Part shown: piece after piece, positions 24,400 to 35,729 of the stretch
Position numbering within the stretch: position 1 is the first letter of the stretch
Layout: the number at the start of each line of letters is the position of its first letter
Assembly (NCBI RefSeq): GCF_001194135.2
Contig: NC_068981.1
Span: 11,369,988-11,433,987 of the forward strand
DNA from: Octopus bimaculoides
Taxonomy: Eukaryota
Reading direction: 5' to 3'
Length of the DNA stretch: 64,000 nt
Program-made: the position numbers and the translations under genes
Notes under the pieces: generated by a model
Seen by the model: the letters and a program-made list of their open reading frames with translations, nothing else
Told to the model about the DNA's origin: nothing
The model's database searches: none

Positions 24400-25380
24400 A
24401 ATTTATTTCATTGCCACAGGTGCGGAACAAAGCAGTTTAGAGATAGTCAGCTTTCTAAATGTCACAATATCATTTTAATAAAAAGTTAGTATGAAATTGG
24501 ATGCCGTGGCAATGCTCCAACTACATCATTAAAGTAACTCTTTAAGGTGGTCCGCTGTAAGGGCACTACAATTTTAATCAGCACGATTGTAGAAAAATCA
24601 ATCGGAACTATCACAAAAAATCTACAAGTGTAAGACAGGTCTGTCAAAACAGTGGTGCACGAGAAATTCCAATGGAAGCCGTAAATACCGAGAGAAAGGT
24701 CAATTCATATAAGTAAAGACACAGAAAGCTCGCCCGATCCACATCAAGCGGTTGCTTAACAAGGTTAAAAGATTTTACCAACATGGCATGATTCGGTTAT
24801 TCTCTGATGAAAGACACTTTGACCAAGAATAAAATCTAAAAGATGAAATTACAAATGGTTGTGTGCAGATCCTCCTGGTGTTCCTAGTGTGATGCAAATT
24901 ATGTTTTCAGTAACTATGATGGTTTTAGGAGTGTTCACTAACGAAGATCATGCGATACTAATATCTTTGCACAAGGTTTTACAATCAATGCTGCTGGATA
25001 CGTTGAGGTATGGCAGTCCGTTGTTGGACTATGCATGAATGAATTAGGTGGTAGGAGATTACACGTCTTTCCACAAAACTCAGCTCGGTTTCACGTAGCA
25101 CATATAACCCAAGAATAGTTGTCCGTCAATATTTACGAGATCATGCAACAGCGAACTAGTGACCCCCAAACTCGTTAGATTTGAATCGCTTGGACTACTA
25201 TGAGTCAAACGTTGCGGAATGAGAGACAAATCGGCATTCTAACAATATCATATTTCACTTGAAGGCCGCGATTGTTCAGGAGAAGACAAAACTGAATAAA
25301 AACTAATGTGAGCAAGTATGACAAGAATCCAACGTTGAAGTATCAACAAAGCTAAACTCAGATTCTTAGAATAATCGCAT
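24400..25380 (+). mobile_element. maT/DD37D-like transposase remnant
   Basis: LFSDERHFDQE, WLCADPPGVPSVM, TMMVLGVFTNE, INAAGYVEV, PNSLDLNRLDYY and HLKAAIVQ, collinear and heavily decayed. Confidence 0.75.
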
Positions 25381-25844
25381 GAGGAAGTTTATTGGGAACA
25401 GCCTTACTGTTTGTTGTGAGGATGCAGACTGTGTTTTTTCTTCGCAAATTTTCACGACAAAACTAAATATTTTCTTCGATACGACGAGGCAATATACAGC
25501 AAAAACGGTAAATACAATCAAATACAAAATATAAAGAAAAAAGAATTAGCATTTATGGAAAAAAAAAGTCTTTTAAAATGAATACTGAGGTCCGTTGTTC
25601 TCATTAAACCTATACGGCACAGCTCCAGCATGGCTGCAGTACAACGAGTTAAACAAGTAAAAAATTCAATAAAATAAGCAAAAATGACAAATGGGAAGAT
25701 TAAGTTAATGTATTATGATATGAAGGGTAAGCGATGTTGACGTCGTTATAAACATTACTCAATATCAAACATGAAGCCTGAGAGGATGTTGTACAATTAT
25801 CTTTAATACTAAGTATGTGAAAGTGACGTAGCTACGATAATCTA

Positions 25845-26100
25845 TCAAAGGCCTGCCAAGAATGACAAGAAGATCAAATCGAATGGTTCTGATATCATTA
25901 TCAATGACAGGAATGAAAATCTCTATATTCTGATAGACATCTCGATATTTTCTGACCAAATCATTGGATGAAAATTAGTTGGAAAACTATTAAAGTATAC
26001 ACAGCGCAGAATAGGAATAAACAGGATGTAAGATATGTACAGGAAAAAAAAAAAAACTTCTGCAACAATAATTGATATGTTGGGTATTAAGAAAAATATG
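25845..26100 (+). mobile_element. R4-like RLE endonuclease remnant
   Basis: NDKKIKSNGSDIIINDRNENLYILIDISIFSDQ...KLLKY (cf. TDKKIKANRPDIIVKD..CLLIDVSIP..KLSKY). Confidence 0.55.
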
Positions 26101-26167
26101 AGGAATACTTCAGGACTGCGCAGAGTATAATACAGGAATGTTAGAAATGTTTATGAAATATTAGTTG

Positions 26168-26320
26168 CTTCAAATTCTGGCACAAGGTCTGATGTTTTAG
26201 GAGGCAGCAAGTCGAGCATATAGACCCGGTGTGCAATGTTCAATCGGTACTTGTTTTGTCGACTTCGAAAGGTTAAAAAGCAAAGTCGATTTCGCTAACA
26301 TTTGAACTCAGAACGAAATG
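26168..26320 (-). mobile_element. SINE family A, diverged
   Basis: TTCAAATTCTGGCACAAGG...CGACTTCGAAAGG...TTTGAACTCAGAACG. Confidence 0.65.
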
Positions 26321-27039
26321 GTGTCGGATGTATTTATGAAATAATAATATAAACATTGACCTAACACTTAAAGTATGCTTCCATACAATTATAAATTAAT
26401 AGGTAGCAATGTGTCAGTTTTGCTACAGATGACTGATTCGAATAGTGGATATCACTGGAGATTAAAAGAAATAACAATACACGTAATGTCGTACGTGAAA
26501 ATAACCCACAAGAAAACCTAATAGAAATATATAAATTATAGATACAGTAAACAGCCGTCATCTGCTACTAAATTTTCTGTAATAGAATATCTAGTGAAGG
26601 ATTAGAAAATGTCTAGTAATAGATAAATAAAAAACGAATGTAAAAGACTACAAAATAGGGACAAAAATAATAAACTGACTACTGTCATCAAAGAAGCCAA
26701 CAAAAAATATAGGAGGCTGAGATAACAGGCATCAAGGAAACGGAGTTGGGTGGTAGGCAGCAGGATGTATAATTAAGTAAACTTAGCATAATATGGGATT
26801 GCAAAATGCGTGAATATATAGACATTATCGGTAAACAGAGAAATGAATAAATTTAAAACAAATACGTCATGATGACTAAAATCTTTCAAGCAGAAGCTAA
26901 ACATAGAATGTATGCCATTATTTAGTTTTATTTCAACATTTCTTGCTAACAGGTAAAGGTTCGGTTTTTAACCAATATCCAAGTCTCCTTCATTGGAATT
27001 TGAACATCACTTAAAGTTTTTTTTTGGTATGTATGTATG

Positions 27040-27073
<34 letters not shown>

Positions 27074-27524
27074 TGTTATCAATCAGTTTCATTTCTGTAT
27101 TTCTTGTCAATAGAGAAAGGGCCGGACTCTCACATAGATTCAAGGCTCCTTCATTGGAACTTTTATCAACATCATCTAGGTATTTGTGCATATGTGTGTG
27201 TGTGCAGTATTTGGTGTTAGTGTATGCGCAGATGTGTATATTTGTTTTATGGATGCGTTTTTATGTATATATTTTCATGTCTAGATTCATGTATTTATGT
27301 GCTGTGCAGATTTGTATGTTTATGTATATATTCTCATGCATACAGTTGCATATTTAAGCATTGAATATATGTGTGTATTTATGTATGTATGTATGCATGG
27401 ATGTATGTATGTATGTTTGTATGTATGTTTGTATATGTCCAAATTTGTACGTTTTTCTTTATGCATGTATTGTCATGCATATAGCTGTATGTCTAGACAT
27501 AATCATGTATACTTAAATGATAAA

Positions 27525-28010
27525 CTTCTGCAAAGTTTTACAGATTTTTATAGTTCCAGTGATGGCTTGGATCTGTAGTCTTCGAATCAGCTTTTGCATT
27601 TCTGGTTTTGAGAAGCCTAATTTCTCAAGATACCAGAGCTACAATAATTACAGGTATAAACCTGAACTTGTAATTTGGAATTAGGAACTGCAGATTTCTC
27701 AATAGTTCAGCGCATTTTCTTTTTCGCAGATCTTTAGACTTATGTTACCATCAGCTGGGTAGCTGATTACCACAACTGGCCATAGTTTCTCTTCTCTATC
27801 TAAAGCCACGAAATCAGGACTATTTTGTATATATTTTATTGAGGTTTTCACTGGGACATCCCACCAGTACTCCATTTAATTATGAGCGGCTATGGCGTCT
27901 ACCGCAGTGTGAGTTTTTATTTCTTTGTCCTTGGAGTTATCCTCCCGACATATCTCGTTATACAGTGTCCTAGCTAAAACATCATGCCTCATCAGTAGAT
28001 ATATATCATG
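27525..28010 (-). mobile_element. R4/Dong-like LINE 3' coding remnant (RHD motif through RLE)
   Basis: Minus strand reads MRHDVLARTLYNEICRE...YWWDVPVKT..QNSPDFVALDREEK...RRLQIQAITGTIKICKT. Confidence 0.75.
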
Positions 28011-28078
28011 TATGTATGTATTCACTTCCGTATGTATTTCCACTTAAGTACGTACGTATGTATGTGTTTATATGCTTG

Positions 28079-28079
28079 C

Positions 28080-28142
<63 letters not shown>
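28079..28142. repeat. (TA)n microsatellite
   Basis: Direct reading of the sequence. Confidence 0.97.
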
Positions 28143-28143
<1 letters not shown>

Positions 28144-28623
28144 CGCCTAGGGAAATAAATTAGTTTCACCCTTCCAACTAGTGTAATTCTTTCAATGTCA
28201 TGTACAAAGAGTACCAGATTAGATATATGTTAATATTTCAAACAAAGATAACAAACAGTTTTCAATTGAAGGAGTATCAAAATATTAATGTAAACACTAA
28301 CTTTCAAAGCTATAGATCTTCTGTCTTTCTGTAACTACTTAGTATATAGAATCCATCACAGTACATAATATGGCTTCCAAATGTATTAAATTATAGGACA
28401 TAATGAATCAAATATTTTGAAAACGAACTGGAAATCATCGCGGGAAAATATTTGCAATTAATATGATTATAAATTTAACTTGAAAAACATATGGTACGAT
28501 GTTTACGTGAAATTTATAACTATTGTATCATAACTGGAGAATAGTTTTCATTTGGGAAAAAGCATGAAGTGTCTCAAAATATTTCTTTTTAATATATGAT
28601 TTTGTAATGAAAATTCTTTTCTA

Positions 28624-28786
28624 CTGTAGGCACAAGGCCTGAAATTTTTGGGTATGTGGCCAGTCGATTAGAATTTATCGACCCCGAAAGGATGAAAGGC
28701 AAAGTTGACCTCGGCGGAATTTGAACTCAGAACGTAAAGACAGACTAAATACCGTTAAGCACTTCGCCCGGCGTGCTAACGTTTCT
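28624..28786 (-). mobile_element. SINE family A copy (tail type 2), lacking its first ~15 nt
   Basis: CCCCGAAAGGATGAAAGGCAAAGTTGACCTCGGCGGAATTTGAACTCAGAACG...GGCGTGCTAACGTTTCT. Confidence 0.85.
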
Positions 28787-29020
28787 TATTTCTTTATTGC
28801 CCACATAGAGGGGGGCCACATAGAGGGGGCAAACAAGGACAGACAAAGGGATTAAGTCGATTAAAGCGACCCCAGTGCGTAACTGGTACTTAAATTATCG
28901 ACTCCGAAAGGATGAAAGGCAAAGTCGACCTCGGCAGAATTTGAACTGAGAACGTAACGGCAGACGAAATACGCAAAGCATTTCGGTCGGCGTACAAACG
29001 TTTCTGCTAGCTCGCTGCCT
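28783..29020 (-). mobile_element. SINE family A copy (tail type 3), full head
   Basis: Collinear with the reverse complement of 51491-51724, including the GGGCAATAAAGAAATAAG tail. Confidence 0.88.
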
Positions 29021-29051
29021 TGATTTTGTAGGGAATATTACAGGGAAACGT

Positions 29052-29268
29052 AAGGCGTCGAGTTTGTAGGATCATTAGCATCCATGGTAAAATACTTAGC
29101 GCCATATTATGCGTGTTTGAGTTGTGAGTTCAAATTCCGCCGAGGTCGACTTTGCCATTCATATTTTCGGAGTCTATAAAATAAGTACCAGTCGAGTATT
29201 GGTGTCTATGTAATTGAATGCCCCCTTCCCCACTCGAACTTGTTTGCCTTGTGCCAAATTTGAAATGG
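29052..29268 (+). mobile_element. SINE family A copy (tail type 1)
   Basis: AAGGCGTCGAG...GAGTTCAAATTCCGCCGAGGTCGACTTTGCC...AAATAAGTACCAG...GCCTTGTGCCAAATTTGAA. Confidence 0.8.
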
Positions 29269-29889
29269 ATATCATTGGGAGAGTGAGATGCCAATAGCAG
29301 AGAAACGCTTCACATCATTCTAGCATAATGAGAATACATTAGACAATAAATATTAAAAATCGATGAGGACTCCTACTTTAATAATCAAGGTTTGATTATT
29401 TTTAGGTTGAAGGAAAGAAGAAACTAGGTTTTATTCTTCAACAGAATGCTTAGCTTTGAACGTTTTCAATTAAGCTTCCGCCTGATCGTGAATTCCAGTA
29501 AATTTAACTATATTTCTATTTCTCGCATGATCAACATTAAGTTACCAAATGACTTTTTAATTAAGAAAGATTACATAAATATCATGTCGACGTATCGATT
29601 AATAGTCAGACACTGAAAGCATATGTCAGGAATTATTATTAGGCAGCTTCTTAACAACTTAGTAAACTTAAAGTGTTTAACTCTTCAAACCAAAGAACAC
29701 TGCTGATAATACTGCTGCAACATAATGTACTATGTGCAGACCAATATTTTAACACGGGTCACATCTGATCCACATATTTATGATGTATTAACTATAAATG
29801 TATTGAAATTCTATTTTCAAACAACTTTAAAAATAATGTCAGCAGTTTATCAATTACTAACTACAGTATTCTGTGCGTAATGGTTGTAT

Positions 29890-30260
29890 GATGAAGTTAC
29901 ATTTCCAACTTTATATTTTCGGGTTCAGTTCCAATTCACCTCAATTTGGGGACGTGTCTTCTATTCCAGTATACTGCCATGTAATTAAATTTGATAGATA
30001 AAAACTGCGTAGAAGCCTCTCGTATGTGCGTATATGTAAATATGATGTGTTTGTGTCTGGTGGTGTTAGTCAGCGTATACGGTTCATTTATGTTGGCGTT
30101 TGTCGTTCCAGTGCTTGACTAAAGGTGTTGATTTGTTCATGTCCTGTAATCTAGTGCTTTGGCAAAAGAAACGTATAATTTAGACGCCAGACTAAATATC
30201 AAATAATGGGGTCAATTTGATCTTACTAAACCTTGGTGCCCCAGTCAGATGTCTGAAACA
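29890..30260 (+). mobile_element. SINE family C (head, internal TG-rich spacer, 3' part), diverged
   Basis: GGGTTCAGTTCC B-box-like head, GTGTCTTCTA, AAACTG..AGAAGCC..CGTAT, then GCTTGAC...GGCAAAAGA...GGGGTCAATTTG. Confidence 0.5.
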
Positions 30261-30402
30261 TGTCAAAGATAAAAGATAAAAGATACATTCGATCGTGATT
30301 TTCATACTTCTCTGGAAATCTACACAGAAAGACATGAACATAAAAAGACATAAAGAGACAGAGACATGCAGACATATTCATGTGCAAAGGTGCGTACAAA
30401 CA

Positions 30403-30406
<4 letters not shown>

Positions 30407-30449
<43 letters not shown>

Positions 30450-30452
30450 ACA

Positions 30453-30507
<55 letters not shown>

Positions 30508-30510
30508 ACA
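30407..30510. repeat. (CA)n microsatellite
   Basis: Direct reading of the sequence. Confidence 0.97.
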
Positions 30511-30921
30511 GGTTCTTACTTACAAATGTGAATATTCCCTACTTCCATCCCGACGTTGCGTATTCCACTGGCGCAGTCAACGAAGATACCTACATACATG
30601 AACCGCGAACATGCCTGCGTGTATATATATATTTCGTTTTTGGATTTGGTTTGCAAGATTCGTTATGTGAGTTCGTGTGTTGACGCTTATACGGTTGTGT
30701 CTCTGGTGAATCATCTTCTTTTTTGTGCCTTAATATTTAACAGACTCACGATTCAATTTTCACTTATTTCCTATTTTAATTTTCCTAAACTTTTCGTTTT
30801 ATCTTGCAACATTTTCAATAGTTTTAGGAAAACAAAAATAAGAAATGAGTGGAAATTTTACCAGTGAGTGTGTACAATTATAAGGCACAAAAAGAAAATG
30901 ATTCTCTCCAGACACAACAGA

Positions 30922-30956
<35 letters not shown>

Positions 30957-30961
30957 TTATG

Positions 30962-31033
<72 letters not shown>

Positions 31034-31076
31034 CGCAAGCATACATATAAACATACATTGATGATCATGATCAGGG

Positions 31077-31115
<39 letters not shown>

Positions 31116-31214
31116 TACACACACACACATACACTCACAAACACACACAGATATAGTTATTTAGCAAAGAAAACTGACCATTTGATTATGACGGAAGATG
31201 AATGCTACCTGACA

Positions 31215-31790
31215 CTTCATTCGATGAAGGGCACGCTAATGAAGGAGCGCCGTGTCTTCAAGTAGTTTGGAATATATGTTGCTGCAAATAAGAATTAGTT
31301 CCTTACACATAACTAACTAAACTGGAAAACCTGTGTCCACTCTCAAACGTTTTGAAAATGAAATGTTTTTAGTGTCAGCTTAAGCTAAACTTGCTTTCTT
31401 CAAGGCATGTACAGAGTTTATTCATCTCTATGGAGCCTCCCCATCACCTTGAAAGTACACGCATACAATCAAAGAATCTTGTTCTTTCGACAGATATGAA
31501 CGATAATCTTTAAAGTCAAAATCAAGATAAAATACATGCATACAGGAAAACTGATATAATCATGTAACTATTGAAATTATAGCCACCAATGTATTTTGCT
31601 CAATTCTTATCGATTCCACAGAAAACCCTAAGATGAATCCGTCGCCATAATTATCTCATCCCTTTTTACGAAGTTTCACATCCTAGATCCAACAATAAAA
31701 GGTCCACTTAATCCTCTTCCCGCAAAATGACCATATACTTTATTCCCATGGAATTTGTCCTGCAAACAAAGCTTCAAGATTAAGATGGCC
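31215..31790 (-). mobile_element. Very degraded R4-like LINE 3' remnant (tentative)
   Basis: Minus strand ends KLLEDTALLH.RALHR (cf. LLQKTALLGTARILR). Upstream CRKNKIL.LYACTF resembles the RLE region. Confidence 0.4.
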
Positions 31791-33286
31791 TTCTCTTTTC
31801 ACGACACCATTAAAAAAAAAATAGCTAAAATTCCAAAGGCAGATGTACCTTAAACAAATAAATCATAAAGCAAAAAGAAGCTTGCTAAAATCCTTACAAT
31901 ATCCTTCGCTCCATTTAATATGTCTCTATGAATTTTATTTATGGAGAGACCTACTTTGCTTCATTTATTAAAATTTATATATTTCTTTTCTCTTCATAAA
32001 ACTGGTATTAAATTTCAATATAATGCGAAAATAAAATTAAAATCACGGCAGTTTTAATATTTGGTAAAAATTGCAGAATCGAAATAATATGAAGGCATTA
32101 CTGGTGAGCGATATATTTTCTAATTCTTCAATAACAATATTGAAGGATTGAGGAAGTATTTATTTCATCATGTTGTAAGTATACGTATATATATAAGTAG
32201 TCAGATATAATTATATATATATATATACATACATATATATANNNNNNNNNNNNNNNNNNNNNNNNNNNNNNNNNNNNNNNNNNNNNNNNNNNNNNNNNNN
32301 NNNNNNNNNNNNNNNNNNNNNNNNNNNNNNNNNNNNNNNNNNNNNNNNNNNNNNNNNNNNNNNNNNNNNNNNNNNNNNNNNNNNNNNNNNNNNNNNNNNN
32401 NNNNNNNNNNNNNNNNNNNNNNNNNNNNNNNNNNNNNNNNNNNNNNNNNNNNNNNNNNNNNNNNNNNNNNNNNNNNNNNNNNNNNNNNNNNNNNNNNNNN
32501 NNNNNNNNNNNNNNNNNNNNNNNNNNNNNNNNNNNNNNNNNNNNNNNNNNNNNNNNNNNNNNNNNNNNNNNNNNNNNNNNNNNNNNNNNNNNNNNNNNNN
32601 NNNNNNNNNNNNNNNNNNNNNNNNNNNNNNNNNNNNNNTATATATATGCGCGCGCGTGTCTTATTCTTTTTTTATATTGTAGGAAATTTGTGTACACCTA
32701 AGTATGAATCTCAAACTTTGATGTCTTTGGGAGTGATGATAATGTCCTCTAAAATACACAAGTTCTATATAATCATTTGTTGACGTTTTTAGAATAAATC
32801 TAATGGCATTTACCACCAGAGGTTACATATAAATTGTTTTTAATACTTAGGTATTGTTCATGAGAATGACTATCCTCGCGAATAAGATATCATGATATGC
32901 ATATTCACTTAGCACTAGCAGGAAGTGTTACATTTTAAAATCATTACTTTAATTCATGACTAATTTGATGTATTGTGACTTTTATTAGTATTTCAATAGA
33001 GCGAAATGAATGAAATGAATGGGAGGAAACTTTCATTTAAAGGCAAGTTCAAATATTTTACAAAACAGGAATAACGACGAAAAAGTGACTTTTTTTCAGA
33101 GAACGCAAGATTTTCGTTGAATGCAGACCGTGAAAAGATTTCAAATTTTATAACATTAAGTGCAGACAGAACTGTTCGGTTAAAAATTCCATTCCTAGTC
33201 ACGGGTTTCCAGGTTCGACTCTACTGTGTGCTTCATTGGATCGTTCAGAAAATGTCTGATGCAATTTGAATATTGTAAATGAAAGT

Positions 33287-33658
33287 GGAGGCCAGTGGTT
33301 AGGGCACCGGACTCGCGGTCATAGGATCGCTGTTTCGATTCCCAGACCGGTCGTTCTGAGTGTTCATTCAGCGAAAACACCTAAAGCTCCACGAGGCTCC
33401 AGCAGGGGATGGTGGCGAACCCTGCTGTACTCTTCCACCACAACTTTCTCTCACTCTTACTTCCTGTTTCTGTTGTGCCTGTAATTCAAAGGGCCAGCCT
33501 TGTCACACTCTGTCACGCTGAATATCCCCGAGAACTACGTTAAGGCTACACGTGTCTGTGGAGTGCTCAGCCACTTGCACGTTAATTTCACGAGCAGACT
33601 GTTCTGTTGATCGGATCAACTGGAACCCTCGTCGTCGTAAGCGACGGTGTGCCAACAA
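33287..33658 (+). mobile_element. SINE family B (tRNA-derived, ~370 bp), near full length
   Basis: tRNA-like head GGCCAGTGGTTAGGGCA...TTTCGATTCCCAG with A/B-box-like motifs. Closely similar to 57065-57420 and to the reverse complement of 53205-53521. Confidence 0.88.
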
Positions 33659-35199
33659 TTGTAAATGAATAGTATCAGAAATTGCTCAATAACCTGTCTG
33701 GCTGACTACATGTGTTTGTGAGTGGTAGATTTCCTTTCACCCTGCGCAATGCTGAATCATTTAAGATGCCGTGTATAGCGGACCGCGTTCCCTTGAGCAT
33801 ATTTTATAATCATTTTAATCGGGCGGAAATGCGAATAGCCACGACAGCCTCAGCTTTTGATACGGGTCAGCGAACAAGAGCTTCGTCTCTTCTTAGATTC
33901 ATTAGACCGGCGTGCCTCTAGTTGACAAAACCCAATGATTTCAAAACGCTGCATGTCTCAGAGACTTTCGCGCTATTGATTCGATTTTTTTATGAACATA
34001 TATTTATCATAAATCTAGGTGTTGTTCTCCTGTGAGAAAACACAGGACCGATTAACATATTCTTATTCGAATCTGTTGGAACATCTTAAGAATAAATATA
34101 CAAATCCTCGTATATTCTAGGAAAAACTATAATATCGGGCTTTGTGAAATTGAAGCTATTTTAGCTTAGTAGCATATTCAATTTACTTGAGATCAAAAAT
34201 CAATATACAAATATATTCAGTCCACAGCTAAATATATTTCATTTCTGAACACTTGAGAGAAAATAATAAATAAAGCATTGTTGATTCAGTCAAAATTAAT
34301 TTGAGTGCGAGATATTTTCATACTTGAATATGTCCGGTGTTTGAAATATTCAGATTAGGTAAGAATATGAAAAGCTGAAATTGTCGTTAGTTTCTTTACA
34401 GAGCATAGATTCCTGCTAAATGAACAAAACTATTTACGTTACGAGCATATTCATATTTCATGCAAGTGTCAGTTCATTAAAATCTGTTGATGTAAAAACT
34501 TGTAAATAATTTGATGCAACTTTGATGAAAATTTTCAACATCATTATCATCATTAGCATCCTCATTATTAGCATCCTCATCATTATCGTCATCGTCTTCG
34601 TTATTGTTGTTGTTACTGCTATTGCCGTCGTCGTTGTTTGTGTCGTTGCTCTCATTGCTTTATCAACATTTTTATAAACTGATTTATTTACAGAGATTTT
34701 ATCCCATGTTTCGGTGATGACAATTTTCAACAATCACATTTAAGTTAGTTATAGAATAAATATGACACTTAACAATTCATGTTTCAATTCTAATACCTTG
34801 CAATTTCCTAGGGTGATGTCCAAGATTCGAACCTAGTGCACAAATTACCATGGAAACCGTTTTTACACTTGGGCTCTTCATTTATCTTAATAGATTCTGA
34901 TTTTTTTTCAAAATTTTCGGATTTCTTGATATCCATTACATATTCACACAGGAATTAATAAGATAAAAAAAAAAATCAGACATCTTTCTTTGTTTTGTCG
35001 CTATATAAATCCTGTATTTTCATTCACCCCGATAGACACTTTCTGATAGTCATACAGCTATGTCCCCTTTAACATTTGCAGACATGGCTAGCTATCAGCT
35101 TAATGGATTGTACTAACGACATAACATTATTGCGTTTATAAACTTTGTGCTAGCTTAGCGAACTCGCTTCGATGTCAAATGTTATTTCGGTTCGTGTAA

Positions 35200-35450
35200 A
35201 CAGTGAGCCAGCAGAATCGTTGGCACGCAGAATCGATTGCACGTTTTTAAATTCGGAGCTCAAATTCCGTCTAGTCCAACTTTGCTTTTCATCTTTTCTG
35301 AGTTCACCCAAGTACTGGCCCAAGTAATGGAATCGATGTTATCAACTTCTTGCTCCTCTCAAAATCTGTTGGCCCAAGTAATGGAGTCGATGTTATCGAC
35401 TTCTTGCTTCTCTCAAAATCTGTTGGCTTTGTGCCCAATAATTTGTCACC
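35200..35450 (+). mobile_element. SINE family A, diverged, with an internal 54-bp tandem duplication
   Basis: GAGCCAGCAGAATCGTTGGCACGC...GAGCTCAAATTCCG...TTTGCTTTTCATC. Duplicated units start at 35316 and 35370. Confidence 0.7.
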
Positions 35451-35729
35451 ATTATTTCATCTATTGTTCCTTACAGCATAAAAAATGAAAAGATAATATA
35501 AACACATAGAGCCGGTTTCCTGTCTAATCTGGCCTATACATTTCCCAAACACTGTGCAGGTCACCTGTCCATCAGAAGTTTATTTACTTATGCCATCTGA
35601 ATTAACTGGATCAAATGAACTGAAATCTAGTGAAATGAAGTGTTTTGCTCAAAAACCAAAAACGCGTCACTAGTTCCAGGAATTGAAATCACCATCCTAA
35701 TATTAAGCTATGTACGTTCTCTTTTTGTC

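Noticed and set aside
24800-24830. CTGATGAAAG hammerhead-like core
   Set aside because: It encodes the FSDE motif of the maT transposase.
27990-28006. CTGATGAG on the minus strand
   Set aside because: It is the L-M-R-H-D codons of the R4-like ORF remnant, with no ribozyme stems.
33287-33365. tRNA-like sequence (also 57065 and 51491)
   Set aside because: It continues into multi-copy SINE bodies and has no complete cloverleaf, so these are SINE heads and not tRNA genes.
34359-34401. AG|GTAAGA...TTTACAG intron-like signals
   Set aside because: Only 43 nt long, with no ORF.
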